Origin: Sphyrna mokarran
Lineage: Eukaryota
Direction: 5' to 3'
Assembly (NCBI GenBank): GCA_024679065.1
Contig: JAGIQG010000003.1
Coordinates: 121,148,001 to 121,212,000 of the forward strand
Length of the DNA stretch: 64,000 nt
Shown here piece after piece: positions 1 through 13,207 of the stretch. Numbering within the stretch: position 1 is the first letter of the stretch; every line of letters begins with the position of its first letter. The translations under genes and the position numbers were made by a program. Under the pieces are notes generated by a model that saw nothing but the letters and a program-made list of their open reading frames with translations, made no database searches and was not told where the DNA came from.

Positions 1-1580
1 AATCACTGAGACCTGATGAAGTGTATCCCAGGAAATTGCGGGAAACAAAGGAGGAAATGGTGAGTCACCTTGCAGAGATATTTGAATCATCAGCAGCCAC
101 AGATGAGGTACCTGAAGATAGGAGGGTGGCAAATGTTGTGCTTTGTTTAGGAAGGGCTGCAGGGAAAGTCCTGGGAATTACAGACCGATGAGTTCAACAT
201 CTGCAATGGATAAGCTGTAAGAAGGTATTCTGAGAGACAGAATCTACAGGCATTTAGAGAAGCAAGGACTGATTGGGGATGGTCAGCACAGCTTCGTGAG
301 TGGAAAATCATGTCCCATGAATTTGATTGAGTTTCTTAAAGGGGGAACCAAGAAGGTAGATGAGGGCAGTGCATTTGATGTTGTCTACATGGTCTTCAGC
401 AAAATCTTTGACAAGGTACCGCATAGTAGGTTGTTGCATAAGATTAAATCTCACAGAATCCATGGTGAGCCAAATGGATATTTGGCTTGATAAAATTGGC
501 TTGATGACAGAAGATAGAGTATGGTTGGAGAGGGCTGTTTTTCAAACTGGCGGTCTCTGACCAGTGGTGTGCCTCAGGGATTGGTGTTGGGTCCAGTGTT
601 ATTTGTCATTTTATATTAATGATTTGGATGAGAATTTAGGGGACGTGGTTAGTAAATTTGCAGATGACACCAAGATTGGTGGCATAGTGGTCAGTGAAGA
701 ATGTTATCTCAGATGGCAATGGGATCTTGATCAATTTGGGTCAGTGGGTTAATGAATGGCAGATGGAGTTTAATTTAAATAAGTGGGAAGTGATGCATTT
801 TGGTAGATTGAACTAGGGCAGCATTTACTCATTTAATGGTAGGGCACGGGGGAGAATTACAGAACAAAGAGATCTAGAGGTACAGGTTCATAGCTCATTG
901 AAAATGGAGTCACAAGTGGACAGGGTAATGAAGAAGGCATTCAGCATGCTTGGTTTCATTGGTCAGAATACTGAACACAGGAGTTGGGATATCTTATTGA
1001 AGTTGTACACGTCATTGATAAGGCCACATTTGGAAAATTGCGTACAATTCTGGTCATCCTATTATAGAACAGATATTATTAAATTAAAAAGAGTGCAGGA
1101 AAGATTTACTAGAATGCTACTGGGACTTAATGGTTTGAGTTATAAGGAGAGGCTGGATAAAATGTGGCATTTTTCCTCTGGACAGTAGGAGGCTTAGATG
1201 TGATCTTATAGAGGTCTATAAAATAATGAAGGGCATAGATCAGTTAGATAGTCAATAGCTTTTTGGCCGGGGAACCAAAACTAGAAGACATAGATTTAAA
1301 CTGAGAGGGGAGAGATACAAAAGGATCCAGAGGGGCAATTGTTTCACACAGCGTGAGGTAAGTGGCTGGAATGATCTATCAGAGATAGTAGTCAAAGCGA
1401 GTACAATTTTGTCTTTTAAAAACCATTTAGACAGTTATATGGATAAGATGAGTGTAGAGGGATATGGGCCAAACGCGGGCAACTGGCATAAGCTTAGTGG
1501 TAAAAAGGATGGCATGGACAAGTTGGGTCAAAGGGCCTGTTTCCACACTGCAAACCTGTATGATTCTATGACTCTATGAC
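1..1580 (+). mobile_element. CR1-clade LINE, decayed ORF2 RT region and 3' end (runs off window start)
   Basis: Broken frames with CR1 RT motifs (FSKIFDKVPH, YINDLDE, SKFADDTKIGG, RPHLENCVQFWS); short-repeat tail tatgattctatgactctatga near 1560-1579. Confidence 0.95.
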
Positions 1581-2736
1581 CCCAAAATAGTTTAGGTCTG
1601 CTTTGTTCTGTAAGCATTTCACAGACCTGTGGAGAAGGCTGAGAAGTTTTGAGGCTTTAAATATCCTTTTTTTGATTTGGGGAGTGACCTTGACAGCAAG
1701 TTCTATTTCCAGCTACAATTACACATGATAATTCCTCTTTTTCAAAGAATATTGGGGGTAGGTGGATGTATAGTGGAGACCACAATCAGATCAGTCATGA
1801 TCTTATTGAATGGTGGAACAGACTCAAGGAGCTGAGTGATTCAAAGTTGCCTAAACACAGAAGAAGGCTATTTGACCCATCATGTCGATGCTGGTCAACA
1901 AAGATCTCACTACACTAATCCCATTTTCCAGTGCATGATACAGGTCATGACAGCACAAGTGAATATCGAAATATTTCTTAAATGTTACAGAAGTTTCTGA
2001 CTCAACCATCATTTCAGGCAGTGAGTTCCAGGTCCCTACCACCTCTGGAGTGAAAAAGATTCTCCTCAACTCCCCTCTTAACCTCTACCTCTTAAATCTA
2101 TGTCCCCTGATCATTGACCTCCCTAATAATGAAAAATGTGCTTCCCCATCCCTATCTAAATACTTCTCAACTTTCTCTGCTCCAAGGCAAATAGCCCCAG
2201 CCTATCCAATCTTTCTTTATAGTTAAGGTCCTCCAGCCCAAGCAGCACCCTGGTAAACCTCTTCTGTACCCCCTCAGTCACGTCCTTCCTATAATGTGAT
2301 GATCAGAATGGCACACAGTACTCTAGCTAGTACACCTAACCAGTGTTTTATATAGTTTCAGCATGACATCCCTGTTTTGTATTCCATGTTTTGGCTAATA
2401 AAGGTAAATCTCCTATATGCCTTTTTAACCACCTTATCTATCTGCCTTGCCACCTTCAGAAATCTGTGGATATGCACTCCAAAGTCCCTCTCATGTTCAG
2501 TGCTTTTCAGGATACTATCATTCATAGTATAATCCTTTGCTCAGTGTGCATTACCTCACACTTTTTCTGGGTTGAATTCTATTTGCTCTGCCCACCTGAC
2601 CAGTTTATTGACATTCTCCTGCCGTCTATGTTTATCCTCTTCATTACTTACCAGCCTACCAATTTTCCTCTCATCTGTAAACTTATCACACCTCATACAC
2701 TTAAGTTCCAAATCATTAATGTACACCGCAAGTACC

Positions 2737-3050
2737 AAGAGTGCAGAATGTAGTGTTACAGTCATAGTTAAGGTGCAGTGAAAGATCAACTCAATGCAAG
2801 ATAAGTCCATTCAAAAGCCTGATGGCAGCAGGGAAGGAGCTGTTCTTGAGTCAATTGGTACCTGACCTCAGACTTTTGTATCTTTTTCACGAAGGAAGAA
2901 GATGGGAGAATGTCTGGGGTGTGTGGGGTCCTTAATCATGCTGGCTACTTTGCTGAGATAGCAGTAAGTGTAGACAGAGTCAATGGATGGGAGGCTGGTT
3001 TGTGTGATAGATTGAGCTACATTCACAGTTTTTTTTATTCCTTGCAATCC
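2737..3050 (-). mobile_element. Rex1/Babar-like LINE 3' fragment
   Basis: AQSITQTSLPSIDSVYT...IKDPTHPRHS; same family as 3617-4121 and 36795-37572. Confidence 0.8.
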
Positions 3051-3616
3051 AGACAGCACTGGGCTGTCTGAAATGCCACTGGAAACAGATTTCCAGTCGC
3101 AGGAACATCCCTCTACCATCAACCTTTCCTGCCTCTCAGACAATTTTTGAATCCAGTGTGTCACTTTGCCTTGATCCAATGGACCCTTACTTTCTTCACC
3201 AGTCTGTCATGAGGGATCTTTATCAATAGACTTGCTAAAGTGCAAATAGGTTACATCAAATGCATTACCCTCTTCAACACATCTGGTTACCTCCTCAAAA
3301 TATTTGATTAAATTGATTAAACAGACCTTTTCTGAACAAATTCATATTGACTATCTCTGATCAAGCTGTATCTGTCCAAGTGCAGATATATTCCGTCCCT
3401 CAGAATTATTTCTAGTGCTTCTCCACCACCGAGGTTAGATTGACCAGTCTATAATTTCCTGGTCTATCTGTTCCTGGAACAATGTTAGCAGTCCTTCAAT
3501 CTTCTGGCATCTCACCTGTGGCCAGACAGGAATTGAAAATTATAAACCGTGCCACTGATATCTCCTTGTTTGCCTCCTTCAACAGCCTGGGACATATCTC
3601 AACCGGGCCTGAAGAT

Positions 3617-4121
3617 TTACAACTTTTACAGATGCACCACAGAAAGCATTATTTCTGGTTCTATCACAGCTTGGTATATTCTTGCTCTGCCCAAGACAGC
3701 AAGAACGACAAAAGGCCGTGAATGTAGCTCAATCCATCACGCAAACTAGCCTCCCGTCGGCTGACTCTGTCTACACTTCCCTGCTGCCTCATCAAAGCAG
3801 CCAGCATAATGAAGGACCCCACACACTTTGGACATTCTCTCTTCCACCTTCTTTCTTCAGGAAACAACAGGAAAAAGATACAAAAGTTTGAGGTCATATG
3901 ACAACTGACTTGAGAATAGCTTCATTCCTGCTGCCATCAGACTTTTGAATGGACCTTGCATTAAGTTCATCTTTCTCTATACTCTGGCTATGACTGTAAC
4001 ACTACATTCTGCATTCTCTTGTTTCCTACTCTATGAATGATACGTTTTGTCTGTATAGCGCGCAAGCAACAATACTTTTCACTGTATACCAATACATGTG
4101 ATGATAATAAATCAAATCAAA
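3617..4121 (+). mobile_element. Rex1/Babar-like LINE 3' fragment
   Basis: FYRCTTESIISGSITAWY and AQSITQTSLPS motifs; tail acatgtgatgataataaatcaaatcaaa. Confidence 0.85.
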
Positions 4122-4283
4122 CTTATTTACTTATAAGGCTGCTAAACCAGCAAATACCTCCTCTCCTTCTATGTTAAATTCCTCTAATATTTTCCATCCT
4201 CAATCCTGGAATCCATAAAAATGGTGCAAAGTATTCATTGAGAACTGTATCCATGTCCTCTGCATCCATGCACACATTACTTA

Positions 4284-4600
4284 TAGAATCATAGAGTCCC
4301 TACAGTACAGAAGAAGGACATTCGGATCATCAAGTCTGTACCAACCACATCCCACCCATGCCCTATTCCCTAACCCTACATACGTACCCTGCTGATCCCC
4401 CTGACATTCAGGTCAATTGAGCATGACCAATCAACCAAACCTGTACATCTTCGGATTGCGGAAGGAAACCAGAGCACCCAGAGGAAATCCACACAGGGAG
4501 AATGTGCAAACTCTATGCAGTGACCCAAGTCCAGAATTGAACCTGGGTCCCTGCTGCTATGAGACAGCAGTGCCTAACCATTGTGCCATTGTGTAGTCCC
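4284..4600 (-). mobile_element. HE1-like tRNA-derived V-SINE with CR1-type tail
   Basis: tRNA-like head and V-domain core (ggaaaccagagcacccagaggaaatccacac on plus); tail tagaatcataga on plus. Confidence 0.85.
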
Positions 4601-5169
4601 TAATTAGCTTGACTCTTTCCCTAGTTACTTTCATGCTTTTTATATATTTAAAAACTCCTTTGGGTTTTCCTTTCTTCTACCTGCCAAAGCCTTTTCTTGC
4701 ACTTCCGATTCCACATCCCCCTCCCCCTCCACCACCACCACTATCACCATGCACTTTTTAATCTCCTCTAGGGACTTAGCCGTATTGGTTTTTTCTTTGG
4801 ATGGTATAGTTTAATTTGCAAGCAGTGGCCTGCTCCTGCTTGCAATTTGTATATTCATTTTATTTTACCTGACAAAGTTGTCAATTTGGTCCGAGCAACT
4901 CTTCTCTGTGGCAGCAGAAACATATTGGGGTATGGGGGAAGCTGATAAAATGTCTGTAGATCCTGGAATCGGAGTTAAAATGCACTTGCTAAAAAGCCTT
5001 CTCCCTCCAGCACCTAATTAGTACAAATAGTTACTTTTTTCTCCACATTTATCGTTCTTTTCACCCAGTTTTCTCCTTGCATGTGTTGACTGCTTACTGT
5101 GGTACAGCTTCATGGGTGCTCATCACTCCCAGGTACACTGGCTGCTCGTAAAGGAGCCTGGACAGTAAA

Positions 5170-5805
5170 TGCAGCATGGTAACATCATGGTTATGTTACT
5201 GGAATTGTAACCCTGTTGGGCTGGGCTAATGATTTAGCAATATCAATTTCCTTGGTGCCAGCGAGGAAATTCAAAGTCAATTCATTAAATTAATATGAAA
5301 ATGAAAAGCTAGTATTAGTGATGGTGACCATTAAGCGACTGGATTGCCATAAAATCCCATCTGGTGAAATTGTCCATCCCTTTTCAATCTGAGCTGTGCG
5401 TAACTCCAGACCCACAACAATATGGCTGACTCTTAACTGTGCTCTGAAATGGCCTAGCCAAGCTACTTGGTTACATTCAAGGTGGCTCACCACCACGCTC
5501 TCAAAGATAATTAAGGATGGTGGTTGGTTTAGCCCGATTGGCTGGACAACCGGTTCATGAAATATAACGATGCCAACAGCGCAGGCTCAATTCTTGTTTC
5601 AGGCTAAAAATATTCATGAAGACCCTGCCTTCTCAACTTTGCTCCTCACCTGAGGTATGGCGATGCTTAAGTTAAATCATCACCAGTCAGCTGTTCCCCC
5701 TCAAAAAGGGGGAGCAGTCAATGATCACCTAGGACTATGGCAATTTTACCTAAGGATGGGCAATAATTGATAGCAATGCTCAGATCCCATGAGTGAATGA
5801 AATGA
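5170..5805 (+). mobile_element. tRNA-derived SINE (second family) with another SINE nested at 5521-5750
   Basis: Homologous to 6370-6740 (-) and 49570-50090 (+). The nested element is flanked by a 9-bp TSD taaggatgg (5512-5520, 5751-5759) and is homologous to 28700-28890. Confidence 0.8.
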
Positions 5806-6059
5806 ATGTTGGCAGACTATACATTGATCCACATGACCCTTTCCTCCTTATCATGCATCCATCAGAGCTACAAGATAAGATTTCCATTGTTTATTGACCT
5901 AATTTTTCTCAACTTATGTTTTAGTGATATTAAAATAAGAATGATCTATAGAAGTAATCTCATAGGCTGAGTCCTAAAATTCATATCTACTATTACTTAC
6001 TTCAGCAAAAACAATTTTGCAAAATTACTTCTCAGTTTTAATTATCTTAAGTGGTAGTT

Positions 6060-6940
6060 GTGTTTTGATTAGATTTGCTTTATTATTGTCATATGTATTA
6101 ATATACAGTAAAAGGTATTGTTTCTTGTGCACTATACAAAGCATACTGCATATAGAGAATGCAGAATGTAGTGTTACAGTCATAACTAGGGTGTAGGGAA
6201 AGATCATAGTAGGTTCATTCAAAAGCAGAGAAGAAGCTGTTCTTGAATTAGTTGTTATATGACCTCAGACTTTTGTATATTTTTCCTGATGGAAGAAGGT
6301 GGAAGAGAGTACGTCTGGAGTACGTGGGGTCCTTAATTATGCTGGATGCTTTTCTGAGGCAGCAGGAAGTTTTTTTTTAACTCACCCGTGGGACATGATT
6401 GTCACTGGCTAGCTGGCTAGCATTTATTGCTGATCCCTAATTGCCCAAGGGCAGTGTTGAGAGTCAGCCACATTGCTGAGGCTCTGGAGTCACATGTAAA
6501 CCAGATTAGGTAAGGACGGCAGAGTTCCTTCCCTAAAAGGGCATTAGTGAACCAGATGGGTTTTTCCAACAATCGACAATAGTTTAATGGTTATCAGTAA
6601 ATTCTTAATTCCAGATTTTTTTTACAGAATTCAAATTCCACCATCTGCCTTGGTGGGATTCAACCCCGAGTGCCTCAGAACATTAGCTGAGTTTCTGGAC
6701 TAATAGTCTAGCGATAATACCAACAGGCCATCGCCTTCCCATCCATTGATGAGAGGCTGCTTTGATTGATGGATTGGGCTTCATTCATGACTCTTTGTAA
6801 GTTTTTTGAGGTCTTGGGCAGAGCAGAAGCTATATCAAGCCGTGATGCAATCAGTAAGAGTGCTTTCTATAGTGCATCTGTAAAGGTTGGAGAGGCATAG
6901 CTGACATGCCAAATTTCCTTCGTCTTCTGAGAAAGTACGT
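6060..6940 (-). mobile_element. Rex1/Babar-like LINE 3' fragment interrupted by a SINE at about 6370-6740
   Basis: Shares gcagaatgtagtgttacagtcata and tail with the other Rex1-like copies. Confidence 0.8.
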
Positions 6941-7327
6941 GTTGCTATGAATGGACTGAATTACACAGATCTAAGTATAATTTTACATATTACATTTCAT
7001 GGAAAATGTGTTAGACTTGTAAACAAAATGCAAGGAGATGTACACAATAACTGAATGAATTAAACGTCTTCAGAACTATTATGATGTTTATAAATTTTAA
7101 GGGCAACATAAGGTAAAAAAAATTGCGCTTATTGTGCACAGGTTTTGATGTTGATGATGATTTCTCCAATTTGGCTCACCAATTCTCTATTTCAAAGATT
7201 TGAAAGGCTGGCCTAATGTTGTCAAGGTATTTTCCATCAACTGATGGAATACTCAGATTGGAGCTTGAAGGAATTATTGTGAAAATCTAGAACAGGGAGA
7301 AAACTCTGCAAATTAAACTTAGACTTA

Positions 7328-7460
7328 GCTCTGATGAAGGGACATCCTGACTTGAAACATTGGCTGTTTCTCTCCCTAAAGATGCTGTCAGGCCTGCTGA
7401 GATTTTCCAGCATTTTATTTTTGTTTCAGATTCCAGCATTCGCAGTGTTTTGCTTTTATC
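7328..7460 (+). mobile_element. Penelope-derived short repeat (pLTR-like) with degenerate hammerhead core
   Basis: CTGATGA..GAAAC followed by tctctcc..gatgctg..cctgctgag..ttccagcatttt. Related copies near 9463-9655, 9730-9820, 27385-27445, 34795-34890, 46935-47030, 49265-49360, 53850-53935 and 56370-56480. Confidence 0.7.
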
Positions 7461-9462
7461 TGAGACTTGTTTGTACTGGCAACTTGGAGTTAATTAGTGA
7501 ACTGAAGTGACCTTCTCTCAGATATAAAACAAACAATTATACCAGAAAAATGACCATTTGGTTTTAAATATAATGTTAAATATGGCCATAGATAATTAAC
7601 AGAATCAACTAGCAATACTTGTGTAATGATTGGCTTTTACTTTTACATCTATTGGTCAGTATTGCAGTTTATAGGATCATTCTTTCACCAATAATGGTCA
7701 TATTCCAGATTTAGCCTTGACCAGGTTCACGTATAAGTCTTTTAAAAAAAAAACTAATCAAAAGAATTGGGCAGCACTATGGATTGCAACATTGTTTTTT
7801 CATCTTTTAGACTGAGGCTCAAACCCTGATCAAAAGTCTCTCCTTTTGGCCAAAACTAATGAAATGAGTTCAGTCAATTTCATGGATGTTGAAGCATTGA
7901 TCCTTTAAATTAATCGTCAAGATTCTGGATCAGAAAATGGAAGACTGATGGTTTTTGATGAAGCATTCCTATTCACTTGGTGTTTATTCCCATTGGAGAA
8001 ATGTAAAAGGGCATTTTTCCCTCTGATTTTCCAGCAGTGCTCACCCCAAATCCGGAAAATCCTTTGCAAGGTCCAATACCTGCCCATTACAATTCCTGTG
8101 GCAAGCTGGACAGGAAAATTCCACTCCTCATCTTTTTAGACCTGACCCATGGGGAGGGGGGAATTTCTAATGCCATAAAGAACGCATATTACAAACACTA
8201 AAATCTCCAAAGTTTACCCATAACATACAAACAAAATAAAGCACAAGATCGAACTTACAAGATTTTTATACAGTTTGGTGGTTGTCTCCAACATAAAGAA
8301 ATTAATTTCAAGATCATTGTCAAATGTATTCAAATGTGAAAAAAAAGGAAAGAAATTTTGGAACGTGTTCACAAAATTATAGAAAAAAATTGCTAACTGA
8401 CCTAGATTGTCATAATAAAGAAAAGTTGATATCCTAAAACCCATGGCATTTTTCAAACTAGTTACTACAACTAGCAATCATTAGAAAGAATTATTAATTC
8501 TTCAAAAACATTAACAGTTAATTTCTAGCCATCCTTCTGAGTAGATTGGAACTTTGGAATAGTATTTCAACATTACTTGTAAGGTAACTAGCCATTCATT
8601 TCCCGCTTGCCTAATGAACTATAACAGATGACTTGTAAAGGAGAAGCAATTCTTGACAATCCATGTCTTCAGATTTTTGCTACTTTATCTTGTGTATCAA
8701 ACAATATAAATTAATCTTTCAAGGTCAACATATGCTGAGCACTGTCTTTTACATTAACAAGTAATACTATGATTGGACACAACTCTTACATGGTTGTAAC
8801 AAGGATTGAAGCATTGTTATGTCCTTACTCTGTTTGATTTAGCATTATGTTCTAATGTCGATTGAAGAGAAATTCTATTAATATTCCTAATAATGTGTTG
8901 TGTGATGTTTTGGCCAGAGTTTATTTGTTCCATTAACGACACAAAGGCACACAATTAGAATGACCTACTCGACTAAAAAGATGTAGCAGAGTTCTGGTAC
9001 TATGAATAGTCAGGATGTGAATTTGCAACTGGAGGCACTTGGGTTGAAGATGTCAGAATGCCTGCTTTGTGCCATCAATTATAAAATGAAGTTAAGACTT
9101 TAGGAAAGATTTCATGTGTACCTGCATATGTTCTTTCAAGTGATATGACTTCTTTCTGGTAAGTAGGCCAAGCTAAGGTTATTTTCTCAGTGTTTAAAAA
9201 TACATCTACTCTTGTCATAAGGCTTTAAATGATAGCAGTCCCTCCATTTTAAGGTTCACGGACCTAATTTTATTCCATTTATTGCAAGGTTACCAAATAT
9301 TCACTGTTGCCTGCACATCGCACACAAAGATGCTCAAATGCCAAGGGCATTTCTTTGCAATTTCATTGTGCTGCATTTCTAGAATTGCTTGAGCTTCGTG
9401 TAATGAATTCAGTGCTGTGACTTATTTAATTACTTATCACTTTAAACAAACTTTCAATTGCT

Positions 9463-9655
9463 CAGAAAATGTTGGGAAATCTCAGCAGATCTGACAGCAT
9501 CTGTGGAGAAAGAATAGAGCCAATATTTTGAATCTGACCCAGGCTCGAAACATTAACTCGATTCTCTCCCCAGGATGCTGCCAGATCTGCTGAAATTTTC
9601 CAGCATTTTCTGTTTTTGTTTCTGATTCCAACGACTGCGGTGTTTTGCTTTTATC
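9463..9655. repeat. Inverted pair of Penelope-derived pLTR fragments (about 68-bp imperfect hairpin plus tail)
   Basis: Arm 9463-9531 is the approximate reverse complement of arm 9545-9612. Confidence 0.8.
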
Positions 9656-10342
9656 TTTCAGTTTTTCTCTCAACTGGTGTCTTACCATGGGATAAATCAT
9701 TCATGTCCACTTTTTAACTTGCATTCAGCTCTGAAGTCGTCACATGCATTGATACTTTAACTGTTTGTCTCTCCGCAGATGCTGCCAGACCTGCGGAGGT
9801 TTTCCAGCATTCTTACATTTTATTACACTCATCCATCAGCTGTAACAAAATTTGTCTTTTGTTGCTTTCCCTAAATTACTCTATGCAATGTAGATGGCAT
9901 GCTCAATCTTCAATGTTTGCTTTGTCTGGAGATTTCACTTTTGCTTTGATCTTGTAAAACATCTCCAAACAAAATAGGAATATTTTAACTTCAGCCACTG
10001 TCACAGCACGAGTAATGGTACAAACTTCAGCAAGACTCTAAATAAAATTTGAGCAGCTGGTTGATTGCATTAATAACCTGGTTAGGCCAGACCACCCCAA
10101 GATATCAGCACATAAATTGTACAATTAGACAAATGCAAAACCAATAACTAGTTAGGAAAGATTGCAAAGAAATATAAAAAGACATGACATTGTAAAAGTA
10201 TTTTAAACATAAAGTTACTACAGATCAAAGTAAAAGGATAAAATTGGCTTGGAAACAATTATGTTTCCTTAAATCAGCCTGATAAGCCTGTAGGTGGGGC
10301 AGAGGGAAATATTGATGTCAAATTTGTCAGGGTAATCAGATA

Positions 10343-11920
10343 CAGCAGTTCTCAAACTGGGGTTTGTAGAAACTTACTTCTAGTAGTTCAGGAAATAATG
10401 TAAATGGCACCCATTACTCTTACAGCAGCTACTCATTGTTGGCTCATATTCAGATTTCCTTGGTTGCATTGCTCAGAATTTGTGCATTGGAGAGTTCGAT
10501 ATCAGGCCTGGGGCCCTAATACAATCAAACAGTTAGATCTTAATAAGTAATTGCTGAACTGGCACTAAGGCAGAGCTAGTTCTGGAGACAGGGCCCCAAA
10601 TTGACTGAAAATCCCAAGCTGCAGGGAAATCTGAATGTATTTACAGAGCTGGAAAGAATTGCAAAGTGTCACCATGTTAGCCTTCTCCAGAGGCATGGAA
10701 TAAGGATGAAGCCAAGACGTGTTCACTGACTGTGGCAGCTGAGCCTGTGATTAGGTTAAGATTAAGAAGGGAATCCTCCTGTTTTAAGACTAAGTGCCAT
10801 AGCGGGTGCAGGAATGTGAGAGTCTTCCCTGCTGTGGTGTCTACAGGAAAGCATGCAAAATCTTCTGGCTCTGATCTGATTATGTACCTGTGTCTTTCAC
10901 ATTATATTCAATGGTGAGGAAGACACGTAGTCTGCCATCCTATCTGGTCCATTTTAAAAAGATGTCTAACATCACTGACCCACGATTGAAGAAGGATGTC
11001 CTTCATGAAAATGAAGGTAGATCTCCAGGAACATTTTGAGCCCAGATTAGTCTGCTGAGAAGGATGATGGGTTTGATGGATTCTTCTAGGGCTAGAAGAT
11101 GGACCCCCTCCAGAGCTCCATCAACCCATTATGGTGTGCTTCAGAGCTGCAGGCAATTGTTCCAAACATGTTTCAAGCCAGCATTAAGCAGAATTTGGCA
11201 TGGGAGGGTTTAACGGGATACAAGTGAGTTTCACGCCAGCCTCTCACTGGTTTTCTGACCTGCCACAGTGGGCAACAGCAGAAGGTAGCACTGTTAATTC
11301 ACATTGGTGTGAAACAGACTGCTGGACCTGCTGCTATATTCTCCCACCCTGTGTGTCATAGACTTGAGAAAATTCCACTCTAAAATTATATCCCGAGTTA
11401 CTGGTGTGTTCCGATAGCTAAGACCAGGCTGCATATCAGCAATACGCCTGCACTTACAGGCCATTAAATGGTTCAAAAAGAGGCAGAGGGTGGGGGGGGA
11501 GAATGAAACAACCAGCATCTTTGGGGTGATTAAGTGGCCAATGAAAGGTTGTATCTGAAATAGTGCTAGAGTTCTCAACTGGAACCACTAAACCAATCCC
11601 AGTCTATCAAGAACAGGGGGGTGTCATGCAGTGAAATATTGGCTAGAAATACTGCTGAACCTGTTGGGTAACTTTTCAACTATGGTCTTTCAGCTGAAGG
11701 TAAGATTGAAGCTTTCATATCATAAACCATCTCGGTGCTCACTACAGCAGTCAATCCTGGCAAAAAAAAAATGCAAGTCCCTTTAACAAGGCATGAATGA
11801 ACTTTATATTAAGTAATGTAAGCATGCAGAGGGTTCAAGGTATTATAATTTAGATGAGTTCAGTCATTTATTGTCCATTTGAAAAGGTGCCCTTTCACCA
11901 AAAATGTTCGAGAACCACTA
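10343..11920. mobile_element. Possible old non-autonomous hAT (Charlie/MER5-like) element with internal insertions
   Basis: Ends cagcagttctcaaact and tgttcgagaaccacta resemble CAGTGGTTCTCAAACT-type TIRs; TSD not convincing. Confidence 0.35.
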
Positions 11921-13081
11921 ATCCAGCATGAATTTTAATAATCCTATTTACTGCAGAAAATCGAGCCAGCAAATGTACAATTTGTTCCTACTTGTCAATA
12001 TATGTTGCTCACTGACAGTTATGACAAAAGCAGAACTTTTGAGTTTTTCTTTCATGATTTGCTGAAAGATGTGCCCACTTCATAGCAATAATAGGGATTA
12101 TTTTAAACCTCAAAAAACACACAGAATTGTCTTCTATCTGTGTCATATTTTAGCATCACTTGAAAGAAACTGGCCCATGCAGTCCTCATTTCAAGCAGCA
12201 ATGTTTGGAGTAATGGAAACCTACAATAGATATTTTATATGTGCTTCAGAACAAATTCAAACTGACTTACAAATATGAGGTTTAAGTTTATGTGTTGGGA
12301 TTTTCTCTTTAATTTAGGATAAATTAAATGGTCATGTAACCTGTTCTGCAATCTGCCTAACATTAAACCTGAGAGTGACATGGCTGTTAAAGAATATAAG
12401 GAGGCCTGGATTGTTTGCTGGAAATATGATATAAGGTGTTACACTTGCAGACAATATAACAGTGGCATTTATGTTTACAGTGGTTAGACTGCTAGTCGCC
12501 AAAGTCCCATGAAGGTCATCTCAGTTTGTAAACAATTAAACTGTCCATTTATTACCAAGATAAAAGAGATTTGAGGTCTTAGGTAAAACAAATCAGGCTT
12601 TTACCTGGATACAAGGCCCAAATGATCCACATTGCCATGGAAATTGGCTTTAAGAGAAGAAGGATTTCTAAGATATATGTGAAACTCTCAGATGCAAACA
12701 TCCTGCTAGAATCCTGAAGAGGGTGCAGCTAGAGGCTGAAAGTTTCTGTAATTCACCTCACAAGAACGCAGTTGAGATTTAGTACTGTGATTGATAAGAC
12801 CAAGTTTGTGAGGATTTGAAATGAGACCGGAAGATTTGCCTAGATTGCAGTAGAGGGAAAATCATCAAGAAAAATCTCACCATGATAGACAGTTCTGGGA
12901 TTAAAAGTTACTAGGCAGGGAAAGAAAAAGAACTAAAGTAAGCTCTTAGGAGTTGGGAATCACTTTGGATTAGAAATGAGAGGACTAAATGTCTATTTAT
13001 AAGATAGTGAAAAGTGTACCTATGAAGTGGAATTTTTGGTTATGCTAAATGTAAAAAAAGAAATTTCCAATTGAATAATTA

Positions 13082-13207
13082 GGTTGGAATTTTACAGCCT
13101 CACTTGTCCCAAAACAGTAAAATCCCACCTGAGGTCAATGGACTTTTCCATTGTCCACCATTGCCCGTTCTGATTCCTGTGGTAGGTGGGGTGGTAAAAT
13201 TCCAACC
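13082..13207. mobile_element. MITE (PIF/Harbinger-like)
   Basis: Perfect 14-bp TIR ggttggaattttac / gtaaaattccaacc; flanks tta / ata; related copies near 8009-8170 and 33513-33630. Confidence 0.75.

Larger units (their letters stand above)
1851..4800 (-). mobile_element. CR1-clade LINE, decayed, interrupted by two Rex1/Babar fragments and a SINE
   Basis: Fragments FFTPEVVGTWNSLP, YINDLE..KFTDERKIG, WAEQIEFNPEK, WKSVSSG in the minus-strand ORFs. Confidence 0.85.

Noticed and set aside
296-1188. Cluster of ORFs as independent genes
   Set aside because: They are successive frameshifted pieces of one CR1 ORF2.
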